A DNA stretch of 63,985 nucleotides, filler included, from Fonticula-like sp. SCN 57-25 (lineage: Eukaryota), in the NCBI GenBank assembly GCA_001724245.1. It is 3 parts of 3 records of this genome, joined end to end, with 100 filler letters (N's around TTAATTAATTAA, not from the genome) between each part and the next. Parts side by side here need not be neighbours in the genome. Positions count along the whole stretch, not along the records: positions 22,762 to 45,294 come from MEDX01000076.1; 2 more parts are not named here. The stretch is one strand, 5' to 3'. Every line of letters begins with the position of its first letter. Within the stretch, counting starts at the first letter, position 1. The position numbers and the translations under genes were made by a program. Shown one piece after another: positions 23,547 to 34,509 of this stretch. The notes beneath the pieces were generated by a model. The model was not told the origin of the DNA and ran no database searches. It worked only from the letters and a program-made list of their open reading frames with translations.

Positions 23547-25442
23547 TCAGGACTCGCTTTTCAGAATGACTCTTTGCACCACAAAACCTTTCCTCCTGCC
23601 GCCCGCCACCCTTGCAGCCTCTTTGACAGCAAGCGATGCTGCGCCCGTCATATTATCAACCATGCGGCTGGCCATCTGGGCGACCTGCTGCTCATGCTGC
23701 GGGTCGTCCTCGGCAGCCTCCTTCCCGGTTAGAAGCGGCGGGTGCGGGAGCGTGAAAGTATCGGCACCCGGCCAAGTGCTCTCGGCAGCCTGGTGGAAAA
23801 ACGGCGAAATGATGTTGGACGGAGCGGGCCCCAGCGTCCTTGACAAGCATTTTGGCGGAGGCACCGCGGGCGCGCGCGCAAGTCCAACGTTTTTGCAGAG
23901 GTACCAAAAGTACGCGCCGCACGCGCCGCACAGCGCTAGGTTGTCCGGACCCGCCACGACAAGGCCGCGGGATACCTCGCGGTCGCACACGGCGCAGAAG
24001 CGCATCCTAAAAAAAGCGGTTTGTCAGCACCAGCGAGCAGACGCGCGGACGCTGCGCACCGAGCAAGTGCGATGCCCTGAGCGGTGATCAATTCCCTCGA
24101 CATCACCGCGGCGCTCAGGCTGCCACCGCGCGTGGCCTTTCTGCCTCTCTTGGCGGCCACTCCGCCCGTGATGCTGAGGCGCTGCTTGCCGGCAAGTGCG
24201 GCGGCAGCAGCAGCAGAGGATGACGATGATATCCGGCCGCCGCGGGAAGCGTCGCCCATGCCTCGCCGACGGCGACCGCTCGACGCGTCTCGCCCGCCCC
24301 GCTGCCGGCCGCTGGTCGCAGGCTCTGGTGACGCCGCGCGCTGATGATGACGCGAGTGCTGCCGACGCTCGCGCGTGGCCGGCAACGTTTGAAGCAGCGG
24401 CCGGAACGGCGCAGAAAGGAACGCCTCGTACTCGGCAGACCGCTTCCAGCGATAATAATATCGAACAATCTCGGTGGTCGTTCGATGAGGAAGCTGAGAA
24501 TGGCGCAGTCAGCCAACGGTCGCATTCACCAAAGCAGCAGGAACGTACCGCCGTCCTGTACAAGTGAAAGTATTTACTGTGCTCATTGGCGCACTTTTCA
24601 AACAATGCCTTCTCCTCCGGTGACCACGTGTCTGAATCGCACAGTATGAGCAACTAAACCGCAACGAAAGACGCAGACGCACCTGTCGCCCGCACGCCGT
24701 AATTGATGGTCGCGAGGTGCGCGAGAGCCTTGTCCACAACCATGCCACATGCATGAAGGGTCACCAGGGCCGTGTCGTGCACAACGTCGTTGTACGCATC
24801 CGGGCCGACAGCGCGGCGCACCTGAGTTAAGAGTGACTCGACTGTGCACGTGCGGGAATGAAGCATGAGCTGATCCGTATATGCGCAAGGCAAGCGGAAC
24901 ACCGAGTGCGTACCTTTCGCGTCAGCGTCCGGATCCGAGTCGGCCGTCCAGACCATCTCGGACGGCACTCTTGCAAGCGGCTTGGGAAACTCGTCCGCCT
25001 GTGTTGGGAGTACGGCTTGGTACTCCTCTCCTACGCGCATCAGCGGATGGCTCCCCTCCTCAACTAAACACGTTCACATATTAGTCGGACATCCAAAGTA
25101 TCTCAAACGAGCACTCGGGGCCACGAACCATTCAAGTGAATGTCGGTAAAAATCTCATCCTCAACTAAAACTTCGCCTAAATACGGGATGCTGCGTTAGC
25201 AGCCGGCCCCCGAGCGAGAAAAGAGCCCAGGGATCGTATAAGTTAATAATAAGAAACGCACCATCGCCTTCGCCTTCAATCGCATCCACGTCCATTTCGG
25301 TAACGCCCTCCAACTCTGTGATACCGTCGGTACCCGCCTCCGACTCTGAGCCGCTCTCGCTCTCCTCCTCTGAAGAGAGCTCGTCGCTGAGGCGGTCGTC
25401 GTCCTCATCGTCCGTTGACATGCGCGCGTCGCTGTCGTTCAT
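23547..25442 (-). CDS. ELM2-SANT-GATA-type zinc finger chromatin corepressor (MTA/RERE/MIER-like), multi-exon
   Basis: Acidic N-terminus; MRVGEEYQAVLP (ELM2); WSPEEKALFEK...YYYRWK (SANT); CAVC-x18-CGAC finger. Confidence 0.8.
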
Positions 25443-25851
25443 TGCTGGCTGGACAAGACCTATACGGATAACAATATCTGGGGTTGAATCTGGCCTTTGC
25501 AGCTAATCTGGGGTTGAATCTGACCGTCGACGTGGCCAAGGAATTTTGACATGGCATTCAACCAAGCAAAATATTGCATTACAGTAGACAGGCAATAATA
25601 CAACACACACATGGATCTGCAACGAAGGTCATGTCAGGCGCTTTCATGTGGTCAAAAAAATGCGTTATCCGAGAACTGCTGGTCAGGCAACAGTCGATAT
25701 AAGCGGTACATTATGCAACACGATATTCCAATATAATACACTCTGAAAGAGATAATGTACAGGTTTGAACTTTAAACACTGGTGTAAGAGGCCTCAAACG
25801 AGGCAAACTCTACAATCCAACAATATAAATACATGCAATTGAAAATAATGC

Positions 25852-27245
25852 TTAGATGAAGAAATTTTGACGTTCGCTCGGTGCGTTGAGGTACTGTTGC
25901 GACTCGAGTACCGCCTGTTCGTCAGCGTCGTGCGCCTGCTGAGGCTGCGTTTGCGGCTGCAACGGCTGCTGCGGCTGCACTGGTTGATGTGACACTGCCC
26001 CTGCCGGGTTTGTGGGCGAGCCCGCCACGCCGCCGCTGCCCTTCACCCTCTGCCGCTTTGCTCCCCCAAACTGCTTGTCCGCACCGGCGCCCGCGAGGCC
26101 AACCTCGTCGGCGGCTGCGATTTCAAAGTGCCGAGCCAAATGCACAAGGTACTCGCGGTGCACGCGAAACATCGTGATGAGTCCCGACACCATGTTGGCG
26201 TCGAGCTCCTCTTCCGGCGAGTCTCGAACGCCAAACACCGTCTCAAGCGACGCCCACGCTGAAACACGGCGCGCCGGTTAAGTACAATCATGCAACCAAA
26301 AGCAAGCAAGGCGCACCTTGCTTGGCTCGCCTAGCTGGGGCAGACGCGCTGGCCAGGTTGGCGCTCCCCGTGCGCGAGGTCAGCAGGCGCGACATTGCTC
26401 GCCGGTCCTCTGGCGTGAACGCGTTAAACAAGTCGACCAGTGTGTCGGCGCGTTCGCGCGAGCGTGGCGGTATGGACGCAAAGGCCGTTGTGCACGTGTG
26501 CCGTAAGCTATCTTGCGCTGCGGTCGGCGCGGTCGGCGGGTGCTCTCCCTTGGAGCGCGGCTCGGGCGTGAGCTTCCGCTTGCGAGTGTTACCACTGGAA
26601 AGCGAATGAGGCAATGAGTCGGTGGACGACGACGGCGTCGCCTCGTCCGCGGGCACCACACCGCGCTTGACCATGCTGCGGCGGTCGCGGAACCAACGCT
26701 GCACCTCGTCGAGGGAGAGGCCAACGCGCGACGCCAGCGACGCCTGGACGTCGGCTGGCGGGCGGCTATTCTCCATAAAGGCGCTTCGAAGCGCGGCAAG
26801 CTGAAGGGAAGACCTATGAGAAACGTGATGGTGAGGAATGGGCGGCAATATGCAGGGAGCAAGAGGCGCACTTGACCCTGTACGGCTTCCGAACGGAAAT
26901 GTACGAAGACGGCCCTGCCTGAGGGACATCGGGCGGTGCCGGCGACGCATCGACCGCCAGCTCTGACGCAACAGACGCAACGGGAGGAGTCCCAGCATGT
27001 TCAATATCATACGCGTAGTCGTCAATGTTGATGTCTAGGTGCGAATTGATCTCGGTGGCAACATCGGCCCCCCGAGGGTCCACCGATGGGACCCCTCCAT
27101 CATCGACAACGCCATAGTGGTGGTGGTGGTGGTGATGGTGGTGGTGGTGGTGGTGATCATGGGGATCATGATGGACATCCTCGTCACCGCGCTCGAGTAC
27201 ATTCAGCAAGTCGATTTCGTGGCGCGCTGATTCTGACGTTGCCAT
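25852..27245 (-). CDS. Homeodomain protein with poly-His N-terminus, multi-exon
   Basis: QLAALRSAFMENSRPP...LASRVGLSLDEVQRWFRDRR; poly-His tract near 27116-27165. Confidence 0.8.
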
Positions 27246-27650
27246 CGTCCATCTGGCGGTGCCCCTCAAGAGTCAACTAATCGATCGCCTCGGGTGATTT
27301 TGCATGTAATCTTCAAAGCTGTAATAACCTGATATATAAATATGCCATACTAAAGACCCATAGCAATAGTCATTAGCGTTCGATGGCCCTTTAGTGACTG
27401 TATCGTTATTGTTTGGGTGAGGAAAGATGGGTACTAATGAAAACTTGTAAAATTGGTTGGAAAACTAAACGAATAAATAAACAAAAACTAGAAGACAAAC
27501 ACACACACACACATGATAAATTGTAAGCGCAATACAACTAAGAAGCAAATACAAGTAACACTTTAAAACGGACGACGCAGGCATCGGCCATCCATTAATA
27601 TACATTATCCTGTATGACTCTAAATATCTATTTTGGCGCAACGTCGCCTC

Positions 27651-28773
27651 TCAAGCGTTGAGGAAGAGCTTTTTCAGCTGCGATTTTTGAAGCGAGTAAG
27701 GCGAGCGTTCTTGGTCGGCCAGCACCTTGACTGCAAACTCTTCAAAGATTGCATCCTTAACTTCAGGCGAGCAGTTCGCGAGGGCGTCTACTGTAGTCAG
27801 GTCGTGCGCCTGCAGCATCTCCTTTGTAATGAACGACTGGAGATAGGTACGCAGCGCGGCCAGCTCCCTCTTTGTAACGGTATTCCACACATAATCAAAC
27901 AGCATCGCCTGAGGGTACTCCTTCCCGGCCCAATTATTGCTAAACTTGCGCAGCTTCTCCTCCACTTCCTGTGGCGTCACCAGCGGGTTCTCCCACACGA
28001 GCGACCGCATCCAGATGGCAAGGTCGTGCTTGTCGCGCGGCAGCAATGTTTTCGGCTGATACTTTCCGGACGACGGAAGCGTTTGCGGCGCAGGCGACGC
28101 ATCCGTTGGCTCGGGCGACCCTTGCCTACTCGTGGCAGGGCTGCCGCCGCCCGAGGTCGCCACGGCCCCGGACCCGCTACCGAAAAGGAGCAGGCCGCCG
28201 GCCGCATTCAAGGGAGCGATAGGCTGCCCGCCCCCGCTGCTCACCGCCGACGTACGCTGCGCCTGCTGCGGATCGTAGCTGATAAACTTTGCGACGCGCG
28301 TGCGCCCCGCGGGCTGCTCCGGGCGCATCGGCGACGAGCTCGACAGGCCGCTCGCGCTGCTGTTATTAACAGGCGTGCCGGAGCCCGACGGAGGCGAGGC
28401 GGGACCGCCGCCAATGTTGATTCCCTCCATGCCATCCGAAATCGACGACCGCTTGCGAGGCCTCGGCAGCATCTCGCTCTCAGACGTGTCCGAGGAGCGC
28501 CGCCGGTCCGAGCGAAGGCCCAGGAGCGCAATGGCCTCCATTGACGACGACGGCGAAAGCGACGCAGTATCAGGCCCAAGGCTGCTGTTCGAGCCGGACG
28601 GTGTGGACGCGAGGCTCTGAAGTAGACCAGCCGGCGATGGAGTCGGCATCATGACGGCAGAAGCCGGCTGGAACACGGCCGTGGCGGTGCCTCCAAGCGG
28701 CGGGAGAAGGTGCGGGTGGGTCATGCCCATTACAGGAACACGCATACCATAAGCAAAAGACTGTTGTTGCTGC

Positions 28774-28835
<62 letters not shown>

Positions 28836-29261
28836 GAGTTGCGCTTGCTGAAGAAGTTGCTGACGGATCTGCGCATGCTGCAACGCCTGCTTCTCCATCG
28901 TATCCGACATGTACGGGAAAGACGCCATCATATGGGCGTTTTGTTGAAGAAGCTGCTGCTGCTGCTGAGCTTGCTGCTGCTGCTGTACCTGCTGGAGTTG
29001 CTGCTGCTGAACATTCGCTTGCGTCGAGTGAAATACCTGCGCAACGACCTGCTCCAGCTGAGCCACGCGGGCCGCGAGCGCCTGAACGTTTGCATTGAGC
29101 TGCTGGATCAAAGACTTGTCGGAATCATCCCCGCCGCTGTAATCGGCCATTTGTATATGCGCGACGGGCGGTAGAGAAAGCCGGCTTCCACTAGCACGCG
29201 CAAGGTGGGGCGAACCCGGCGCGTGGGTTGCACCACCGTCGCCCTTGATTTCGTTGGTCAT
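27651..29261 (-). CDS. Intronless polyQ/Ser-rich protein with short N-terminal coiled coil and unrecognised folded C-terminal domain (putative transcription regulator)
   Basis: 536-aa ORF with host-like codon usage, an NLS-like PRPRKRS and a complex ~110-aa C-terminus. Confidence 0.75.
28761..28850 (-). repeat. CAG/CAA polyglutamine tract
   Basis: (tgc/tgt)n run on the + strand, about 25 consecutive Gln. Confidence 0.95.
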
Positions 29262-30131
29262 CGCCGCACAGAGGCAACTCTCGCAACAAAGCCAAAAAAG
29301 AGACGTCAGAAGTAAAGAAAAGCTGTGACTGAAAACAGTGGGGGCTGCCTTGCGCCGACGTTGTACACGTCTCCTCCCCCCTCAATGCTCCAGACGCACG
29401 CTCTCACAGGACCGGAAGCTTTTCATGCACCGATATCCTCACCGTTCCAAATTTGGTACATTCCTCTCCAAATTGAGCAAAACTCAAATAGTTGCGCCCA
29501 TTAGAATGCTCCTATTTTGGTAATGTTGATCAAATCAGTTCCATAAATGGAAATATGCACATGCGTCATTAGCAGCGGCTCATTTCCCGCCATTCACAAT
29601 GTGATAAAGAATGTCTGTGGGGAAGACACGAATGGACAGCGTTACTCGTTGGATCGTTAACTGCTGATAGGTCTTTTGTTCTTGCTAGTTTGGAGCAGGC
29701 AATACTGTACAGAGCTTGCACAAACAATTCTCTGACCTCGTTGCCATGATGCCTCAGGCACAGCCTCAGGTTTGAACATGACGCGCGGAAACTATCGCGG
29801 CTTTTTTATTGCATAAGTGGGCCTACACCGCTCGAGCAATCTGACCCGTATCATACAGAGTCATCTTTAAAATAGGTAGTGCCTTTCCCGACACGGAAGA
29901 AGCTCTTTGGCGTAGTTGGCAACTGGTCTCCAGAGTGCGCGGTTCGCTTCCAGCTTGCACAGCAAGCTATATATATCAACGCACACTGAAATGAGTGATC
30001 ACTTTGGGCTCCAGTCCCCGTGTGCGCCTGCTTCAAAAACGCATACTTGCTGCCGATACAATCGCCAACCAGCAATGCATGTGATCGCTAGGGGATTCGA
30101 AGGAGTACTCGTGAAGAGCCAGGTTCGAGCC

Positions 30132-30896
30132 CTACTGTGGATCCTGCTTCGAGCCAAGCGAAGCTGAAGCTCTTGCTGAAGCTTCGCGGAGGAGTTCGGC
30201 CTGGGTTGCCATCGCCGATCGGGCCTCCCTTATCTCTATCGCTGCACAAACAAGCAAGTGTGAGCTGGATTCGCTTTGGCACGAATACGAACCATCATTG
30301 GATGCAAGGGCGACGTCCATCATTCGCTGCGCAACAGCACCCTGGTTTCTCCTGCAACCACGCGTGAGTTGTTACTACGCAAGGACACGAGACGTACAGC
30401 TCAGTCAAGATCCCGAGCTCGAGGTCATGAATCCGAGCCAGCCTCTGCTGCAACAACGCAGCCCCATAACCTAAGAAAATTAGCAACACAACAAAATGGC
30501 AAAACCAAGCCGTTCAGCACGCACCACTGTCAACTTGAGACAGCACCCCGGCGCGCGAAGGATCTACTGCCAGGCTAGTCTCCACGAGCTGCAACGCATT
30601 ATCCTGCGAAAAACGTAAACGAATGTAAGATTGCCAGCAAACACAAAGTCTAGAAGCAACCTACCAAAGAAACTTTTAGACGATCATACGTCGCGCACGA
30701 TTCTTTCCAAGCGTCTTGCATCGCGGAGCAAGCGTTCGAGATTCAAACTCGCGGGCACTGCGCGCGCCAACAGTGGCCACGTGATCTGTGCCAAATCTCC
30801 CACCGAAGATTGACCTGACCATTTGGACGACGGAAATATGACAACATATATTTGAAACAAGACCAGTGCTGTAAATATCCTTATGAAAGGACGCAC
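30132..30896 (-). CDS. Hypothetical 5-exon helical protein with N-terminal signal/TM segment
   Basis: Four GT..AG introns with host-type donors join MRPFIRIFTALVLFQIYVV...RIVRD|DNALQLVE...|YGAALLQQRL...|RNQGAVAQ...|IEIREARS...DPQ* in frame. Confidence 0.55.
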
Positions 30897-30944
30897 TACA
30901 AATGTATATTATAGTATACTACAGGCACTCACAGCCGGGGATAT

Positions 30945-32030
30945 CTAATTAAGAGGCATAAAGTTGCCAACGAGGCAGAAAGGCAAGTTGTAGCGGTCCC
31001 TCCTAATTGTGAAAGAAAAGCAGCACGGCCTGAGCGTTCCGCGGGCGCTCTTGAGTACGCATGACGTAAGAACTGCCTTCTGGCTGCTGTCAAATGCGAT
31101 ACTCGCATACTTTTCCCAGTAGTTTACGGCGGATTCCTCAGCCATGACCTCGTAAATGCCGACCGGAGAATCGCGCGACATATTACGCAGCTGCTCGTAC
31201 GGCACATCCACCAACTGCGCAAACTCCTTGTTGGCCTTGACGATCTCGCCCGTGCGGCGCCACAGGCACGCAGGGATGCCCACCGAGCTGAACACACGGT
31301 CATACTCCTACTCGGCCAATGCGTCAGCCACCGCTCAGCGCAAACACGCCCTGGGCGCAGCAGCGTACCAGGAGCAGGCGCTCAAAGCTCTCCTCTACCA
31401 CAATAAGGTCGATGTCGGTCAGGGACTGCGCCAGCCGACGGAAGCCGGGACGAAACGTCTCGAGAACGGTCAAGATGCGTTGCCGGTTCGCCGTCGTCAT
31501 GCTGCTAGAGTAAGCGACACGAACAGCGCAACGCAAAAAAAGAAGCGCGTACTGCGTGTCCATGTACTTGTGAAAGCGCGCGTATCCAGACGAATAGTTG
31601 TAAGGCTTCAAGAGTCCGGCCTCGTACTTTGCATTAATGATCTTGGAGAGGCGCTGCTCCGGGGTGGGCGCCGACGGATCCGCCGCGGTCATGAGATACC
31701 GCTCCGACGTCGAAATATTCTGGGGGGTCGCGCTCGGTGTGTTGCCCGCACTGTTGCCGGTGCTGCTCATCCTGCGAGCAAAGTCGTTACTAACCATCTG
31801 TCAACACTTGTAACGCACGCTGAGAGCAACGACGCCTGTCCAGAAGACGTATGGTCGGCATAGGAAGGCCCGCCAAGGTCTCCTGACTGGTTGCCGCTCC
31901 TGCTATCGTCGCGCGTGAGCGCATCCAACGTCTCGCCGAACGCGCCATAAACAGAAAACTCCTCCCCCATTTGCTCGGAGGCAAATATGTCAGGGGTCTG
32001 ATGCAGCGCAAGCTGCTCCCGGAACGGCAT
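30945..32030 (-). CDS. RDS2/ERT1/GSM1-like PAS-domain regulator (no intact Zn2Cys6 domain seen), multi-exon
   Basis: NAKYEAGLLKPYNYSSGYARF; VGIPACLWRRTGEI...EESAVNYWEKYASIAFD...CCFSFTIRRDRYNLPFCLVGNF closely matches the yeast Rds2 C-terminus. Confidence 0.88.
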
Positions 32031-32228
32031 TGTATACAACAAGCTTTCAATTCAAACACGCAAAGTGTTCGCCGGAGCGCCAGACAACTCGAATTTCGCT
32101 CCACGCGCAAAGAGGGCGGGAATCCGTTCGACGGGCGTTGGTCGTCACAGTTGACAGTTTGCAGTTTGCAACTTTTAGAACTCCGCTTCATCGGTGGTCA
32201 TCGGTGAACTGATCTGTCAGCCGTCATC

Positions 32229-33804
32229 ATGGCTGCGCCGCCCGTCAAGTTTTCCGGGGCGGTCATGCTCGCTGACTTGAACGACTTTATTGCACCTGGT
32301 GTTGAGTGCATCAAGCCAGTGGAATCAAAGAGGGTGGAGAAGAGGCCGGCCGACGAGAAGGGGTTAGCGTCGGTCCGCTTGGAGGAGGACGGAACGTATG
32401 TAGAGGTGAACAAGGTCGGGGTTGCAACGCGGCTGGAGCCAGCCCAAATCACGCTCAACGACTGCCTTGCGTGTAGCGGCTGCGTGACATCCGCAGAAAC
32501 GGTGCTCATCCAAATGCAGAGCGACGCCGAAGTAATGCGCGTTGTGCACGAGAACGAGCACGCCATCGAGGTACGGGTCTCCTATTGTGTACGCAGACGC
32601 TCAATTGCCCCCCCTGCAGGAGGGCCGCCTCGGTGACGTGAAGCATATTGTAGTGTCTGTCTCGCCGCAGACGAGAGCCAGCTTTGCTGCAAAGTACGGG
32701 CTGAGCCCGCTGCAGGTTGCTCGCCGCTTTACAACATTTTTTACAAAGGTGCTCGGAGCGCGTGCAGTGTTTGATACCAGCTTTGGACGCGATGTGGCGT
32801 TGGTTGAAGGTGGGGCAGAGTTTGTCGAAAGGTTTCGAAAGGAGCAGTCGCTGCCTGTTCTGGCGTCATCGTGCCCTGGGTGGATTTGCTATGCCGAGAA
32901 GACGCACGGACAGGTTTTGCCCTTCATCAGCACCTGCAAGTCACCTATGCAAATCATGGGAACGCTCATCAAGGAACAGTATGGTAGCTCCATTGGTCTT
33001 ACGTACGCACGATCATTGCTTTTCTGTAATGCTCACGACTTTGCCAGGCCGGACAAGGTGTACCACGTGTCTGTCATGCCGTGCTACGACAAAAAGCTCG
33101 AGGCGTCACGAGACGACTTTTTCAATGAAGCATATCGGACGCGCGACGTTGACTGCGTCCTTGTCTCGACGGAAGTGGAGAAAATGATGGCGGACCGCTC
33201 GACCACGATCCACGACTGGTCGGAGAGCGACTTGCACGAGGAAATGACCAAGCTTCGTCGCTCGCCAACAGGGGAGGTTGAGCTCGCCGGCTCGGAGGGC
33301 AGCGGTGCCGGAGGCGCGCTAGAGTTTGTGTTCCGCTACGCGGCTTGGGAGCTTTTTGGCGTCAAGGTGGATCAAATCGAGTACCGCGTCGGCCGAAATC
33401 CTGACTTTCGGGATGTGGAGCTGGAGGTCGACGGCAAGGTTGTGCTGCGCTTTGCGGCCGCGTATGGATTTAGGAATATTCAGAATTTTGTGCGGCGCGT
33501 CAAGACAAACAAGTCCCCCTATCATTATGTCGAGGTAATGGCGTGCCCTTCCGCGTGTGTGAATGGCGGAGGGCAGCTGCGGCCTGCAAATAGCCAGACG
33601 CTTAGCAAGGCAGACCTTTTGGAAATTGAGCGCATTTACTCCTCCGTGCCGCCCGTTTCGCCAGACGTTAGCAGCGACGCTCTTTCAAACATCTATCGCA
33701 CAATGGGCTCCTCGCCGTACCAGGGAGCAGCTATTGACAAGTTTCACACGAGGTATCACGCGATTGAAACCGCCAACATTAGCGGACTTGCGGTTCAGTG
33801 GTAG
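32229..33804 (+). CDS. CIAO3: Cytosolic Fe-S assembly factor Nar1/NARFL (hydrogenase-like), multi-exon
   Basis: [78 protein letters not shown] and C-terminal W. Confidence 0.96.
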
Positions 33805-34509
33805 TTTGCTGTGCAGGGGTAGAGCTAGGTTTTGTGCCGGTTGAAACGAGGTAGGAGCCGTATCGCGAGTGTAATTAGTTGGTGTAAGTACCATAGGATA
33901 CCCATTTTTGACAGAATTAATGCATTATTGTAAAAGGGTTTGGTTTCTTAGCATGATATCCCTGCCTGTGCCTTCAACATTCTTGTCCATCGGCCTTTGC
34001 GCGGGCGGCATTCCGCCAGATTGCAGTCTCAATGTCCATAAATGGTAATTGCTATCCAGTCCGGCCAATCACAACTGTTGGCGAGGCCGCGTCTTTTCGT
34101 TGCTGTTGTCGGTGGGTATAGCGTGTTTGTGTGGAAAGAAAGGGGCAAGGACGCGGCTGGCACACTGAGCAGCGCGCCTGTGACTCTGTCTTTGTTGGGT
34201 TGCAGTGATCCCAAGGACCTTTTCCATCAAGAATCCGCCGCTTTCTGTTTGGATTTCTGGTGTAAGCCGTTTGAGTAAGCCGGGCCAGTCAGCGTTCCGA
34301 CCTTCTCTTCTCACCTTGAAAGTCCGGGGGCCATCGAGAGATTCTTTGGCTTGACGCACTTTGGTGAAGTGTTTGGGCCATAGCCACGTTGGTTGCGCGA
34401 ATTTGGTAGGTTTTGTACCGAGTCGTAGGTGCGCTAATCTTTTTTTCTTCTCTTTTCTTTGCTCAACTGAATAATTGTCTTCCCGTCTTACTAGATTAAC
34501 GTCAGCAAC

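Noticed and set aside
32229..33804. True [FeFe]-hydrogenase implying anaerobic H2 metabolism (with FNT nearby)
   Set aside because: The N-terminal DFI.P...CIKP and C-terminal Trp identify the housekeeping Nar1/NARFL, and no maturases are present.
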